A stretch of DNA of 64,000 nucleotides from Hormiphora californensis (taxonomy: Eukaryota; Animalia; Ctenophora). Shown piece after piece: positions 39,301-49,934 of this stretch. The notes beneath the pieces were generated by a model. That model ran no database searches. It had not been told where the DNA came from and saw only the letters and a program-made list of their open reading frames with translations. The stretch spans positions 3,906,001 through 3,970,000 of the forward strand of contig CM035351.1 in assembly GCA_020137815.1 (NCBI GenBank), written 5' to 3'. The position numbers and the translations under genes are program-made. How positions within the stretch are numbered: position 1 is the first letter of the stretch; each line of letters starts with the position of its first letter.

Positions 39301-41478
39301 GCTGACCTACAGGCAGTTCACACCAAAATGGCAAACATTCTCCAAGGTGGGTGTTTTGATGTGATAAGAACGGTTGCTATGGGCGTGAACCCCTGTTGGG
39401 GACCCTACGCATGGGTCTCCTCCTCTCTCATATCATATCTCATATCTCATATATTAATTCTCCCTCTCCCCAGGTGACAAACTGCGTGGTATAAAGGGTG
39501 ATATCAACGTACCTAGATTCACCTACGACACCGTCTACCGTCGCACTATCATCATGTCCATAGCAGCGTCACCCCAACTTGATATGGCCCTGGTCCTCGC
39601 CTCCAAATACTCCCTGGACCCCTGGGAGGTCCACTTTGCCCACTATGCCTGGTGTTTGGAGGGGGAGGTAGATATTCCCACAACCACTCTAACCCTCCTA
39701 CAAACACGGGAGAGTGAGTTTTTGGAGAGGTGCCAGAATGAGATCTACCCAAAGTTGGGTGGAACTCAGTATGGAGCTCTGATCCTGTACTTCCAACACA
39801 CGGGGAATGTGGCTCGGAGCAGGGTGTTGGATAAACTAAAATCAGCCCTGACCGGTCTGGATTGGAAGGTATTCCTGGAGGAGAGTAATGGTGAGATACT
39901 GTTGGGAATGTTGGCACCCGTTCTGTCTGAAGGGACGGTTCATGTTATTGGGAAGGTAGTACCGAATCTTCACCCCTCCCTAACTAAGAGTGACATCTTC
40001 TCGCGTTATGCTGAAGTTTCATTCTTCTCTTCGCCCCATGCTCCTGAAAGACGGTGGACGGCAGTTAAATCTGTCCTCCAGAACATCTCAGATCCGGTTT
40101 CACTGCTTACCCGCATGGCCCTGGCAAGGAGTTCCGACATGACATGGGATCTACGGCTGGAGATATCAGAGCGTGTCCCGGATGTGAGGCGATATCTGGA
40201 AAAGTTCACTCTACCCCACACTCACCCTTATTTACCGGTATATCTTGGTTGCTATGGGAGAGATGACCTTAGAAACATGATGCTCGTTGCTATGGTGTTA
40301 GATAGAGATATACCAGTTGGTGATGTGTTTGTCCTGGCTCCAGACACCCCTCCTGAGGTGTTAATGGATTGGGTTATTACATGGCTGACTGGAGATAGGG
40401 AGCTGCCCAGTGAGATCCAATGTAATGCTCTGGAAACGGTTAGTACTTAGTTTTTTGTTTTCTTCTATTAGCATTCAACACAGTACACTCCAATTAGTCA
40501 ATTAATTAATTAATTGGTCAATTAACTCCATTTTCTCTGCCAGGAGGATAATCTATTTGAGCGGCTGGTTGACAGTGGTATCCTAGATAGAGAGACCATG
40601 TTATCCAAACTAAAGCTCCTCTGTGAAACAGCCCGGGATGACGTTCTAACCGAAATGATAGCTGCAGTGGAACCCCACCTTACATCCAGTGATGGACCAC
40701 TACTGGCCTACTTCCGGACAAGACCCCTAGTTGAACTCCACTTCCCAGGGGTCCTGGGACATCTGACACCCTCTTCAGTCCCTTCAGAGGGGTTGTTTCA
40801 GGAGCTGTGCCAGGCAGCGGGTGGTAGGTTTGTAGCGTGCTGTGCTCTGTTCGATGTCCTGAAAGTGTGGTCTGAACTGGGAAGAGAGGAAACGTGGGCC
40901 ATGATGCTACTTGAACAGATATCAAGGTAACTAATTAGATTAATTAATTAATTAATTAACTACCATGGGGTATAATCTGTGAGTGTGTGCACTTTTATTT
41001 GAGTTTCTACTTTCTAATTCTACAGATCCAAGTTAGTTAGATTTTGGTTTAATTTTAACAAAACATATCAACTTATTTCAGGACTGAAGAATCGGATTCA
41101 TGTTGCGAGTTGGTGTGTGAAGTTGTCACCTTCCACTGCGACCTCCTATCACGTGCCTCTATCACAACCTGTCAGACCTCCCTCTTCTCAGCCCTACCAG
41201 GAGCAGTAGCTGTCCTTTCCTCCGATCACACCGATCTAGTTGAACTCTCCACCCTCCCATCCCATCCTATCTTGTCTCGTCTCATTCTCGATAAGGAGCT
41301 ATATCTGAACGAACCTGATATAGTGCCCTCCCTCGTGGGTCTAACCGAATACTCAACGGTGGAGAGAGTCGCTAGGAGACTGAGGGAGTCCGGGGCTATA
41401 GTTGATAGCATGTCCCTTCTCGCATCGTTCTCTCAGTCAGCCTACCAGACTTTCGCTTCTTATCTCAGCTACAATTGA
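32825..41478 (+). CDS. NBAS: NBAS / Sec39 (NRZ ER-tethering complex subunit), about 1,640-1,665 aa
   Basis: Exons 32825-33335, 33510-33700, 33841-34278, 34640-34755, 34924-35122, 36367-36494, 36678-37146, 37295-37782, 37965-38130, 38336-38471, 38634-38858, 39163-39346 (frame problem, see findings), 39474-40438, 40544-40926, 41082-41478. Recognisable NBAS motifs: MLYEFDVIHEW, TSPEVLFRQKISGGEFGEAILLANKFDLNADEVYKAQW, EKVIRWYRARASQMVELSCLYEHSISLLTLGIER, INVPRFTYDTVYRRTIIMSIA...ALVLASKYSLDPWEVHFAH. Confidence 0.88.
33418..33490. mobile_element. Mini Tc1/mariner-type MITE in NBAS intron 1
   Basis: TA|CAGTCGGACCCGGATTTAC ... GTAAATCGGGGGCCGACTG|TA. Confidence 0.6.
35141..35250. mobile_element. ~110-bp MITE (CAGGAA...TTCCTG) in an NBAS intron
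   Basis: Imperfect TIRs CAGGAATCGACCGAA / TTCGGTCGGTTCCTG around CTGATTGG repeats. Confidence 0.6.
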
Positions 41479-41862
41479 AGTGAATTTTGTGTGAATTATT
41501 TAGTTCTTGTTAATTCTTCAAATGTAAATCTGATCTTTCAAGTACTTGAACAGCTATTTTACTGATCATGATATATCATATTGCCTGCCCCACTCCTGCC
41601 CCACAAGGGCAGGAGTGGGGCCCCCACTCCTGCCCTTGTCTCATATAAGACCGTCCTCTCCTTCGGCCCGGTGCGGCTACGTGACGACGCAAAGTATATC
41701 TTATATGCGTGATGTACAGTCAGTGCCTGAGAATCCTGCACATGACTGCCCCATTCCCCCATGAGGTCAAACCTCACACCTGTTTACTTCTTTAACTTCA
41801 CTACCTACCTTGTGATATAGGAGCGGTCCAGTTAGATCGAGAGATCGAGAGAGGGTGTAATC

Positions 41863-44800
41863 ATGATCCGGAGTATGTTGTTGGTGGCTCTGATTCTGGG
41901 TATGGTTCACGGTGAGGATGATGTCATCAATGATGCCCCTCCTTCCATGGACATCCCTGTGAGTGTAACGCGTGTTCTAGCTGTATATTTCTAGTACCTC
42001 TGTCCTCTTCAGTTATTAAAGTTTACCTCTCTGGTTAATTATTTGTTTAATAACCGTACCCAATACATCTCCCGATCAATAATCCACCCCCCCCCCTTTA
42101 GGAAGGCGCTCCTCCCGGCACTCAGGCCATGTCCTTCAAACAACCAGCCCTCACCGAGGAAGAGGAGAAGGGTCAGTGGTTCCCTGTTCGGTATCAGTGT
42201 GACGCTTGCCACATCGTAGTACACAATGTGAGTATAATCATACCATGCTGTGATCTCTCTCTACTGTACATGTCCTTGACTTGAAAACATCTTGAGGCAT
42301 TCGTAACATATAATATCTTCCCCCTCTCGCCCAGCTTAGTCGAGCATAGCAACCTCGACCCTCGTTGTAACAACGTATACTCCCATACCATCTTGGTTCT
42401 GGGTTCGTAACATATAGACCCCGCCGGCTCAAATAGACGCACGGCGCGCTCAAACAATTTGCACTGGTCTATTGGGCCGTGCACTGCCGTGAGTTTGTGT
42501 CTCGATAGACGCACGCCCTCTGACAGATTTGTGTAAAGATCACCAAGAATCACTGGAAACATGATAAAATGACTTGGTAACACAAGAGGGAGTGTGTGTA
42601 CAACCTACAACGTTCTCTGTCTAGATTTGGCGCCCGCCAGTCTGTTGCAACTGTTGCTCATGACCCACAATTAACTGCTATCTCTCTCTGCATTCCACCC
42701 TTTGAAACTGTTACAACGATTGTTTCGAGTGTGTAGGAATGTAGAGAGGCAATCTGTAGCTTTATTTCCAACTGTTTGACCCGTTTTGTGTGAGCTCTCT
42801 GTTTGAAAACCACGTAAATTGTGCTTGTTTTGCATCTAGGTGCCCGCCAGCGGGGTCTATAGAACACAACTCCCTCCCTTGCGTGCAGATATACCTGTAA
42901 ACCCCTCGCTGACGCTCGGGATTTACATAGTACATAACTCCCTCCCGCGCGGGCATCTATTCAATAGACGCACTGCAGAGCAGTGCGTCTATTGAGCTGT
43001 AATGCACGGGTCCCGAAGGGACCGTGCATTACAGCCCTGTAAATCCCGAGCGTCAGCGAGGGGTTTACAGGTATATCTGCACGCAAGGGAGGGAGTTGTG
43101 TTCTATAGACCCCGCTGGCGGGCACCTAGATGCAAAACAAGCACAATTTACGTGGTTTTCAAACAGAGAGCTCACACAAAACGGGTCAAACAGTTGGAAA
43201 TAAAGCTACAGATTGCCTCTCTACATTCCTACACACTCGAAACAATCGTTGTAACAGTTTCAAAGGGTGGAATGCAGAGAGAGATAGCAGTTAATTGTGG
43301 GTCATGAGCAACAGTTGCAACAGACTGGCGGGCGCCAAATCTAGACAGAGAACGTTGTAGGTTGTACACACACTCCCTCTTGTGTTACCAAGTCATTTTA
43401 TCATGTTTCCAGTGATTCTTGGTGATCTTTACACAAATCTGTCAGAGGGCGTGCGTCTATCGAGACACAAACTCACGGCAGTGCACGGCCCAATAGACCA
43501 GTGCAAATTGTTTGAGCGCGCCGTGCGTCTATTTGAGCCGGCGGGGTCTATAGGGCTGTAATGCACGGTCCCTTCGGGACCCGTGCATTACAGCTCAATA
43601 GACGCACTGCTCTGCAGTGCGTCTATTGAATAGATGCCCGCGCGGGAGGGAGTTATGTACTATACAAGGTGGCCCATAAATTATGAGGCCGGGGGACGAG
43701 CTGTACCTCCGAAACGGTGATAGTTGTGCAAAAACAAACTACGGGAACATGCTGGAACAATTCCTTGGTAACTTTTTGCAAATTTTGAGTTTTTTATTCA
43801 AAAGTTCATTTTTCATTCATGAACTATTTACACGTTCATTAATGAATTAAGGACTGTAATTTACCGAGAGTGAGCCATTTTGTTTGGGTTGAATTCATCT
43901 TTCCAATGTGCACCATGAAAATCAAATTGAAGCACCAGGTCACATGGCAGTTGAGAAAATGCACATGCATGATTTTGGCTCTTCCTGCGACTTTCAATCA
44001 GCTGTATCACGGCTACCTTTTGTTCAATCTTTTTAAAAATTTGGGTGAACATTGGATAAGCAAAGATCTTTGCTCACAAGAAAAATCAAGGTCAAAACTG
44101 AAAGTTCATTTTTGAGTTTTGGTAGTTCATTCCACTCATTCAGGAACCAACATCCCTAAAGTGATGAAAAGTGATTGGTTTTGTTTGGCCCATACCCTGC
44201 GATGATAGAGAGGTGTAAAAACACGTTTTCCGGGCTAGTTAGTGGGTGTCCATGTGATCATGATGATATCTGACACCTCTTCTGAGCCATAATCAAGGGA
44301 TTTTCTCGAATTCAAGCATGTGATTTCGGTTATCTGTGATTGGTATCGTGCAGCAATGTTGAGAGATCTCATAGCACCTCAAAAATTATGATTAGCTCAA
44401 TGAAATGAGTTTATTTATGATAGAAGATATTAAAACAGACGTCAAAATGAACTAAACTACCATTTTCGATCCAAAATCAGCTCATTTCATTGAGCTAATC
44501 ATAATTTTCGAGGTGCTATGAGATCTCTCAACATTGCTGCACGATATCAATCACAGATAACCGAAATCACATGCTTGAATTCGAGAAAATCCCTCAATTA
44601 TGGCTCAGAAGAGGTGTCAGATATCATCATGATCACATGGACACCCACTAACTAGCCCGGAAACGTGTTTTTACACCTCTCTATCATCGCAGGGTATGGG
44701 CCAAACAAAACCAATCACTTTTCATCACTTTAGGGATGTTGGTTCCTGAATGAGTGGAATGAACTACCAAAACTCAAAAATGAACTTTCAGTTTTGACCT

Positions 44801-46462
44801 TGATTTTTCTTGTGAGCAAAGATCTTTGCTTATCTAATGTTCACCCAAATCCTTATTATAATTTGCAAATGAACGTCGTGAGGAGGATGATGTAGTATCC
44901 ACACGTGCAAATAGTGGGGGGTTGCCAAGGAGGTGGCTTGGGAGGGGTATTGGAGGTGGGATACTGCACGTGCATGTTAGTGATCGCAAAAGGCAAGCTT
45001 CCCCTCGTCCGACCCGAAGTTGGGAGATTCGTCGAAACAGCAACCTTCAGGCTGTTAAAATATTTTTTGATGCGCGGCGGCCTGTTTATTATAGTAGGGT
45101 CGGTTGTGGGAAGTTGGGTCTGGAATTTTAAATTTGACTTTCTGATATGATTAGGGACTCTATAAAAAGTCCAAAGTACCATCCCACAGGTCTCTACCAC
45201 CCCCGGTTCACTAATTAGTCGTAATTATGTGATTTATGACGTTATCGCCAATTAGCACTAATAATACCAGTTCCTGGTCACTTTGAGCTTAGATTTTGAT
45301 ACCAGCTGATAGAGGATCACTAGATTTTTCCGTTTGGCTGGCGGTTGGCTGGCACCACGTGGGATTAGGGGTTTAGGTCGTCGTGGGAGGTCGACATTGG
45401 TCGCGTTCGATCGGGCTCGATGAGGTGATCAAAAGCTAGTGGGCCAGACCTTGGCCCCACCCCGTTCTTGGCTTATTGGGCTTTTTCTGTTTCCCGCCAA
45501 AATATTTTCCCGCCATATATATGCTTTATTTTTTTTGCCCCTGCACTGCCACTGCACATTTTTTTAATTGCTTATAATTAATTGGATAGTTAATTTTGAA
45601 TATTCCCATTTTTTGTAGACCTTTCTATATGCTTTAAGAGCATTCCTACAAAGTTTCAAGTCGATATTTATAGCAGAACGGAAAATATTTTCAAATGCTC
45701 AGGGGCAATGCTCAGGGGCACCATAAAAATGTCCGTTTTTTAATTGCTTATCACTCATTGATTACTTAATTTTGAATATTCCCACCTTTTGTAGACCTTT
45801 CTATATGCTTGAAGAGCATTCCTACAAAGTTTCAAGTCGATATTTCAAGCAGATCGGGAGATAATTGCGACTCAGGTGCCCCTGGGCCACTTTTGTTAGT
45901 GCGAGGGCAATTTTAAAATTTTAATTGCTTATAATTAATTAATTAAGTAAAAAATCAAAAATCAGGCTCCGTGGTGACTCTTAGTTATACCACTAGAACA
46001 TGCCTACAAAGTTTTAGATCGATATGTCAAACAGTGTGGCCACAATTTGAATTTTAAAATTGCCCAGGGGCAGTTTTTTCAAATGCTCGGGGGCAAAATT
46101 CAGGGGCACCAGAAATGTCCATTTTTGCATGCCTATAACTCATTGATTACTTAATTTTGACTATTCTAACTTTTTGTAGATCATTTTTTATGCTTGAAGA
46201 GCATTCCTACAAAGTTTCAAGTCGATATTTCAAGCAGATCGGGAGATAATTTCGGCTCAGGGGCAATGCCCAGGGGACAGAACACGCCATGCTCAGGGGC
46301 ACGGTGCAGGGGCTACTTTTTAATTACCTATAATTAATTAATTAGGCAAAAAATCAAAAATCCGGCCACGTTATGACACGTAGTTATACTACTAGAACAC
46401 GCCTACAAAATTTCAGGTCGATATCTCAAAAAATGTGGCCACAATCGCTGCCTGAAATTTGC

Positions 46463-46495
<33 letters not shown>

Positions 46496-48812
46496 GACCT
46501 ACGTTTGTATATATAGGGCCGGCTTTTTGGATTTGGTGCAGGGGCAAAAAATTTTTTTTCTTCGTTTTTTCTGTTTTCTTCGGGTCGGAGGTGCCTGCCG
46601 GCACCTAAATTGGTTGTTTATTGCGTGTTCCTGTGGCTGTTGTTGTTGGTGTCTTGGGATCTACTACTGGGGCCGCTATCATTGCCAAAGCCTTTCTACC
46701 TACGTACCCCGTTGATTCTCTACACAGCTACAATTCTACGGATCTTTATCACCTGATTCTACATGTTATTCAGCGGGATTTCCCTTGATGTTTATCACCA
46801 GCGCTCTACCAATACCAACCTCCGTATTCTTTACCCCGACATGGAGAGACGAAGAGTAAGAGGGGGAGAGAGACATGGGGACGGTGGGGGGGGGGGGGTT
46901 GAGGGACTTCAATGGGCTTTCTAGTTTTTAAAAAGATTGAACAAAAGGTAGCCGTGATACAGCTGATTGAAAGTCGCAGGAAGAGCCAAAATCATGCATG
47001 TGCATTTTCTCAACTGCAATGTGACCTGGTGCTTCAATTTGATTTTCATGGTGCTCATTGGAAAGATAAATTCAACCCAAACAAAATGGCTCACTCTCGG
47101 TAAATTAGAGTCCTTAATTCATTAATGAACGTGTAAATAGTTCATGAATGAAAAATGAACTTTTGAATAAAAAACTCAAAATTTGCAAAAAGTTACCAAG
47201 GAATTGTTCCAGCATGTTCCCGTAGTTTGTTTTTGCACAACTATCACCGTTTCGGAGGTACAGCTCGTCCCCCGGCCTCATAATTTATGGGCCACCTCTC
47301 TGGGGGGGGGGGGGGGGGGGCCTGCCGCAAAAATCTCAGCTACCCTCTTTTCGGCAGATGAGATTTTTGAGATTTTTGGGAAAATTTGCTCAATTACGTT
47401 TGAGATTTTTGAGATTTTTGTGTTAAATTGGCACAATTTTTGCTGCCAATATTCAGTTTTTCGACATATGTTTTAGCTTAAAACTGAATCACAATAGCAG
47501 TTTAGTAATTTCAATAGGCAGATTTCATGTTTTAGCTTCACATTAACTTTTGTACTAGAACACAAGGAAAATTTCTATCCAGAATTTTGATTTTTGGTAG
47601 AAAAACACAAGGATTGTTTCTATTCCAAATTTTCGAATGGAAATTTTTCCTTTCTATGAGATTTTTGAGAAAAATTTGGGTTTACCCCGAAAAATCGCAA
47701 ATTTGCCTCAAAAATCTCAAAAATCCCACGTTTTTTAGCCAAAAATTGAAAATCTCAAAAATCCCAGCTACCCTGAAAATCGCCAATGAGGCATGAGATT
47801 CTTGCGGCAGGCCCCCCCCCCCATATCTCCCCCCTCAGCTTGGTTCTGCGTCCCCCCATTCCTAACATCTCCCCCCCCCCCCCCATCAGCTCGGTTCTGC
47901 GTCCCCCATTCCTAACATCTATATCTCCCCCCATCAGCTTGGTTCTGCGTTCCGTGCCGCGGAGAAGAAGATCCCAAAGAAGAAGAAGAGGCAGGTCCTG
48001 GGCGATATTGATATCCTCGAGGTCGTAGAGGATGTTTGTACTAAAAAGGGCTTTGAACAGTAAGTGAATTGAATGATTTGTTTGAATCAGTGTGGTACTA
48101 CTATATTTGTCCCGTCTGTGGGGAGCGCAGAGACAGTACGAACAGTACTAATATATAAATCAAGTTTTGTGTTAATATATCGGTTTATCACCACGGTTAC
48201 CATACTGTTTTTTTGTTGTGTTGAATGATTTTCTTTCAAAGCACTTCCGTGCACTATTACAACTCTCTCCCTTCCCAGGTACAGTGTACAGGAGTTTGAC
48301 GGCCAGGTGGTGCTGAAGGGACCCGCATTCCCAGACAGGAACGCCCCCGGTATGTCCATGGGCGGGGGACTTTGGCCCACCCGGTACGTCAACTATTGTG
48401 GAAACAAAGTGGAGGATTTTGCTGAGGATGAGGTGAGAACAAACAAACAAACAAACAAACAAACACTAAACAGACAGACAAACAAACAAACAAACAAACA
48501 AACAAACAAACAGACAGACAGACAAACAAACAAACAAACAAACAAACAACTAAACAAACAACTAAACAAACAAACAAACAAACAAACAAACAAACAAACA
48601 AACAAAAACCCTCTAAATTTCAGATCTATGACTATTACCGCCAAGGCAACCTATTCCACGAGCTCTGTTTGAAGAGCGACTGTAGAAAAATAGTGAAAGA
48701 AATTCCTGATGCTGTCAACTTCAAAGCATCCCTTTCTCCGGACGAGGAGATTTGTAAAGCGCAGGACAAGGCAGCAGGAACCTGTAAAAACTCTGCTAAA
48801 CAGGAACTCTAA
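41863..48812 (+). CDS. MZB1: MZB1/pERp1-like (canopy/saposin-fold) ER-resident protein, 228 aa
   Basis: Exons 41863-41958, 42102-42227, 47938-48059, 48279-48432, 48624-48812 splice in frame. Signal peptide MIRSMLLVALILGMVHG, CDAC motif (PVRYQCDACHIVVH), GGLWPTRYVNYC...FAEDEIYDYYRQG resembling MZB1 GGPWPTRL...FGEDQIYEAHQQG, and C-terminal KQEL retention-like signal. Confidence 0.85.
42413..43662. mobile_element. Interleaved inverted-repeat cassette X-Y-X'-Y' built from TAG-initiated hairpin modules (Academ-like MITE termini)
   Basis: X 42413-42927 is the reverse complement of 43038-43552 (the ORF track shows the same peptide on both strands). Y 42928-43038 is the reverse complement of 43551-43662. 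Modules begin TAGACCCCGC, TAGAACACAACTCCCTCCC and TAGTACATAACTCCCTCCC. The superfamily assignment is tentative. Confidence 0.7.
43665..47297. mobile_element. Foldback/Tc1-mariner-like non-autonomous element with ~745-bp TIRs, right arm split by a Helitron
   Basis: Left end TA|CAAGGTGGCCCATAAATTATGAGG. 43667-44039 pairs with 46925-47297 and 44039-44409 pairs with 44481-44849. The right terminus lacks the final TG and the TA. Confidence 0.75.
44850..46924 (+). mobile_element. Non-autonomous Helitron
   Basis: Starts TC (TCCTTATTATAA), ends CTAG, and sits between A44849 and T46925 with no TSD. Removing it restores the reverse complement of the foldback left arm. Internal degenerate tandem repeats at ~45560-46450. 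Confidence 0.8.
47302..47822. mobile_element. MITE with poly-G/poly-C ends and TIR GGGCCTGCCGCAA(A/G)AATCTCA
   Basis: Gn-CCTGCCGCAAAAATCTCA at the left and TGAGATTCTTGCGGCAGG-Cn at the right; internal GAGATTTTT/AAAAATCTC repeats. Confidence 0.65.
48438..48606. repeat. (AAAC)n microsatellite filling most of MZB1-like intron 4
   Basis: Visible tetranucleotide run between the donor at 48433 and the acceptor at 48623. Confidence 0.95.
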
Positions 48813-49741
48813 GTAATTAACTATTACTTGACTAACTAATTAGTCGAATTGTTATGTGGACATTTTTATTTCTACCCTGTGTTTTATCGTGTGTTTGTGT
48901 TTGAGTATTTGTGCTTCAGAGTTTCAGTAACATTTCGCGTTGTTTGTTTCCCTACAATTTCCATCATCAGGAACTATCCAATGATCTGTCTGGCGCCGCC
49001 GACCCCATCTGAGCGTTGGTATCGCGGCCTTCGTTTGGCGTGCTTCGCACGCCGCGCCGGCAAGGGAGGGGTAACTTCGTTACCAAATCTGAGCGCACTG
49101 TCGAGAGAATCAAATTGGGGTATGGGCGCCGCCATACAGCCAATGATCATGTTGGAAAATGGCCAGTGCTCTCCGCCCTCGTATCAGTAGAGATTGCACG
49201 GGGAAGTTGTGCATCGTGGCACTCAGACTTGACAATGATGTAGGGCGCGACGACACAACTATAAAACGTTGCGCGCGAAAACGCCGCGCAGTTCCCACGA
49301 TAAGTGTAACAGTTTCATACGATAGATGTTCAAATTGAACTTCTATGAACAGTTCATTTCTTCACATGCAATGCCCCCGAGGAAGTCTCTGCATAATGCG
49401 AATGATTGTGTTTTCTGTCAATTCATTCTGTACTTTAGAATGCCTGGACAGCACATCTGGTTCCCACAATTACGGGCATGGAGGAAATAGTCTGAAAAAG
49501 CTGCTAAAAACAGTGCAAATGTAAAACTCATTGAATAAAAGGTATGGAACTATCAATATACCTCACATAACAATACATCTCTTTTTCTCTATCCTCCCGC
49601 ATATATCACACAATTTCATACATACCATTACATACTGTTACACGCACACACCCCAATAAGAGTATGTCACACTCACACACTCACACTATCTCACACACGA
49701 TTTAAATCGTATCACACACAACTCAAATCGTATCACACACT

Positions 49742-49782
<41 letters not shown>

Positions 49783-49934
49783 TCTATCACACACTCGTGT
49801 CACACACGCACTATCTCTCACACACGCACTATCTCACACACACAGCTCACACAAATGATGATAGTTCGATAGCTCCCCCACAACACACAGCAATGGACAC
49901 ATATTTTACACAAGATCACGTCTCTTCCTCCTCT

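Noticed and set aside
42658-43307. Identical peptide encoded on both strands
   Set aside because: Consequence of the 515-bp inverted repeat, not a gene pair.
41959-47937. MZB1-like gene inactivated by transposons
   Set aside because: The CDAC exon is present at 42102-42227 and all five exons join in frame; the insertions are intronic.
48389-48672. TNKQ / CLFV repeat ORFs
   Set aside because: (AAAC)n microsatellite inside MZB1-like intron 4.
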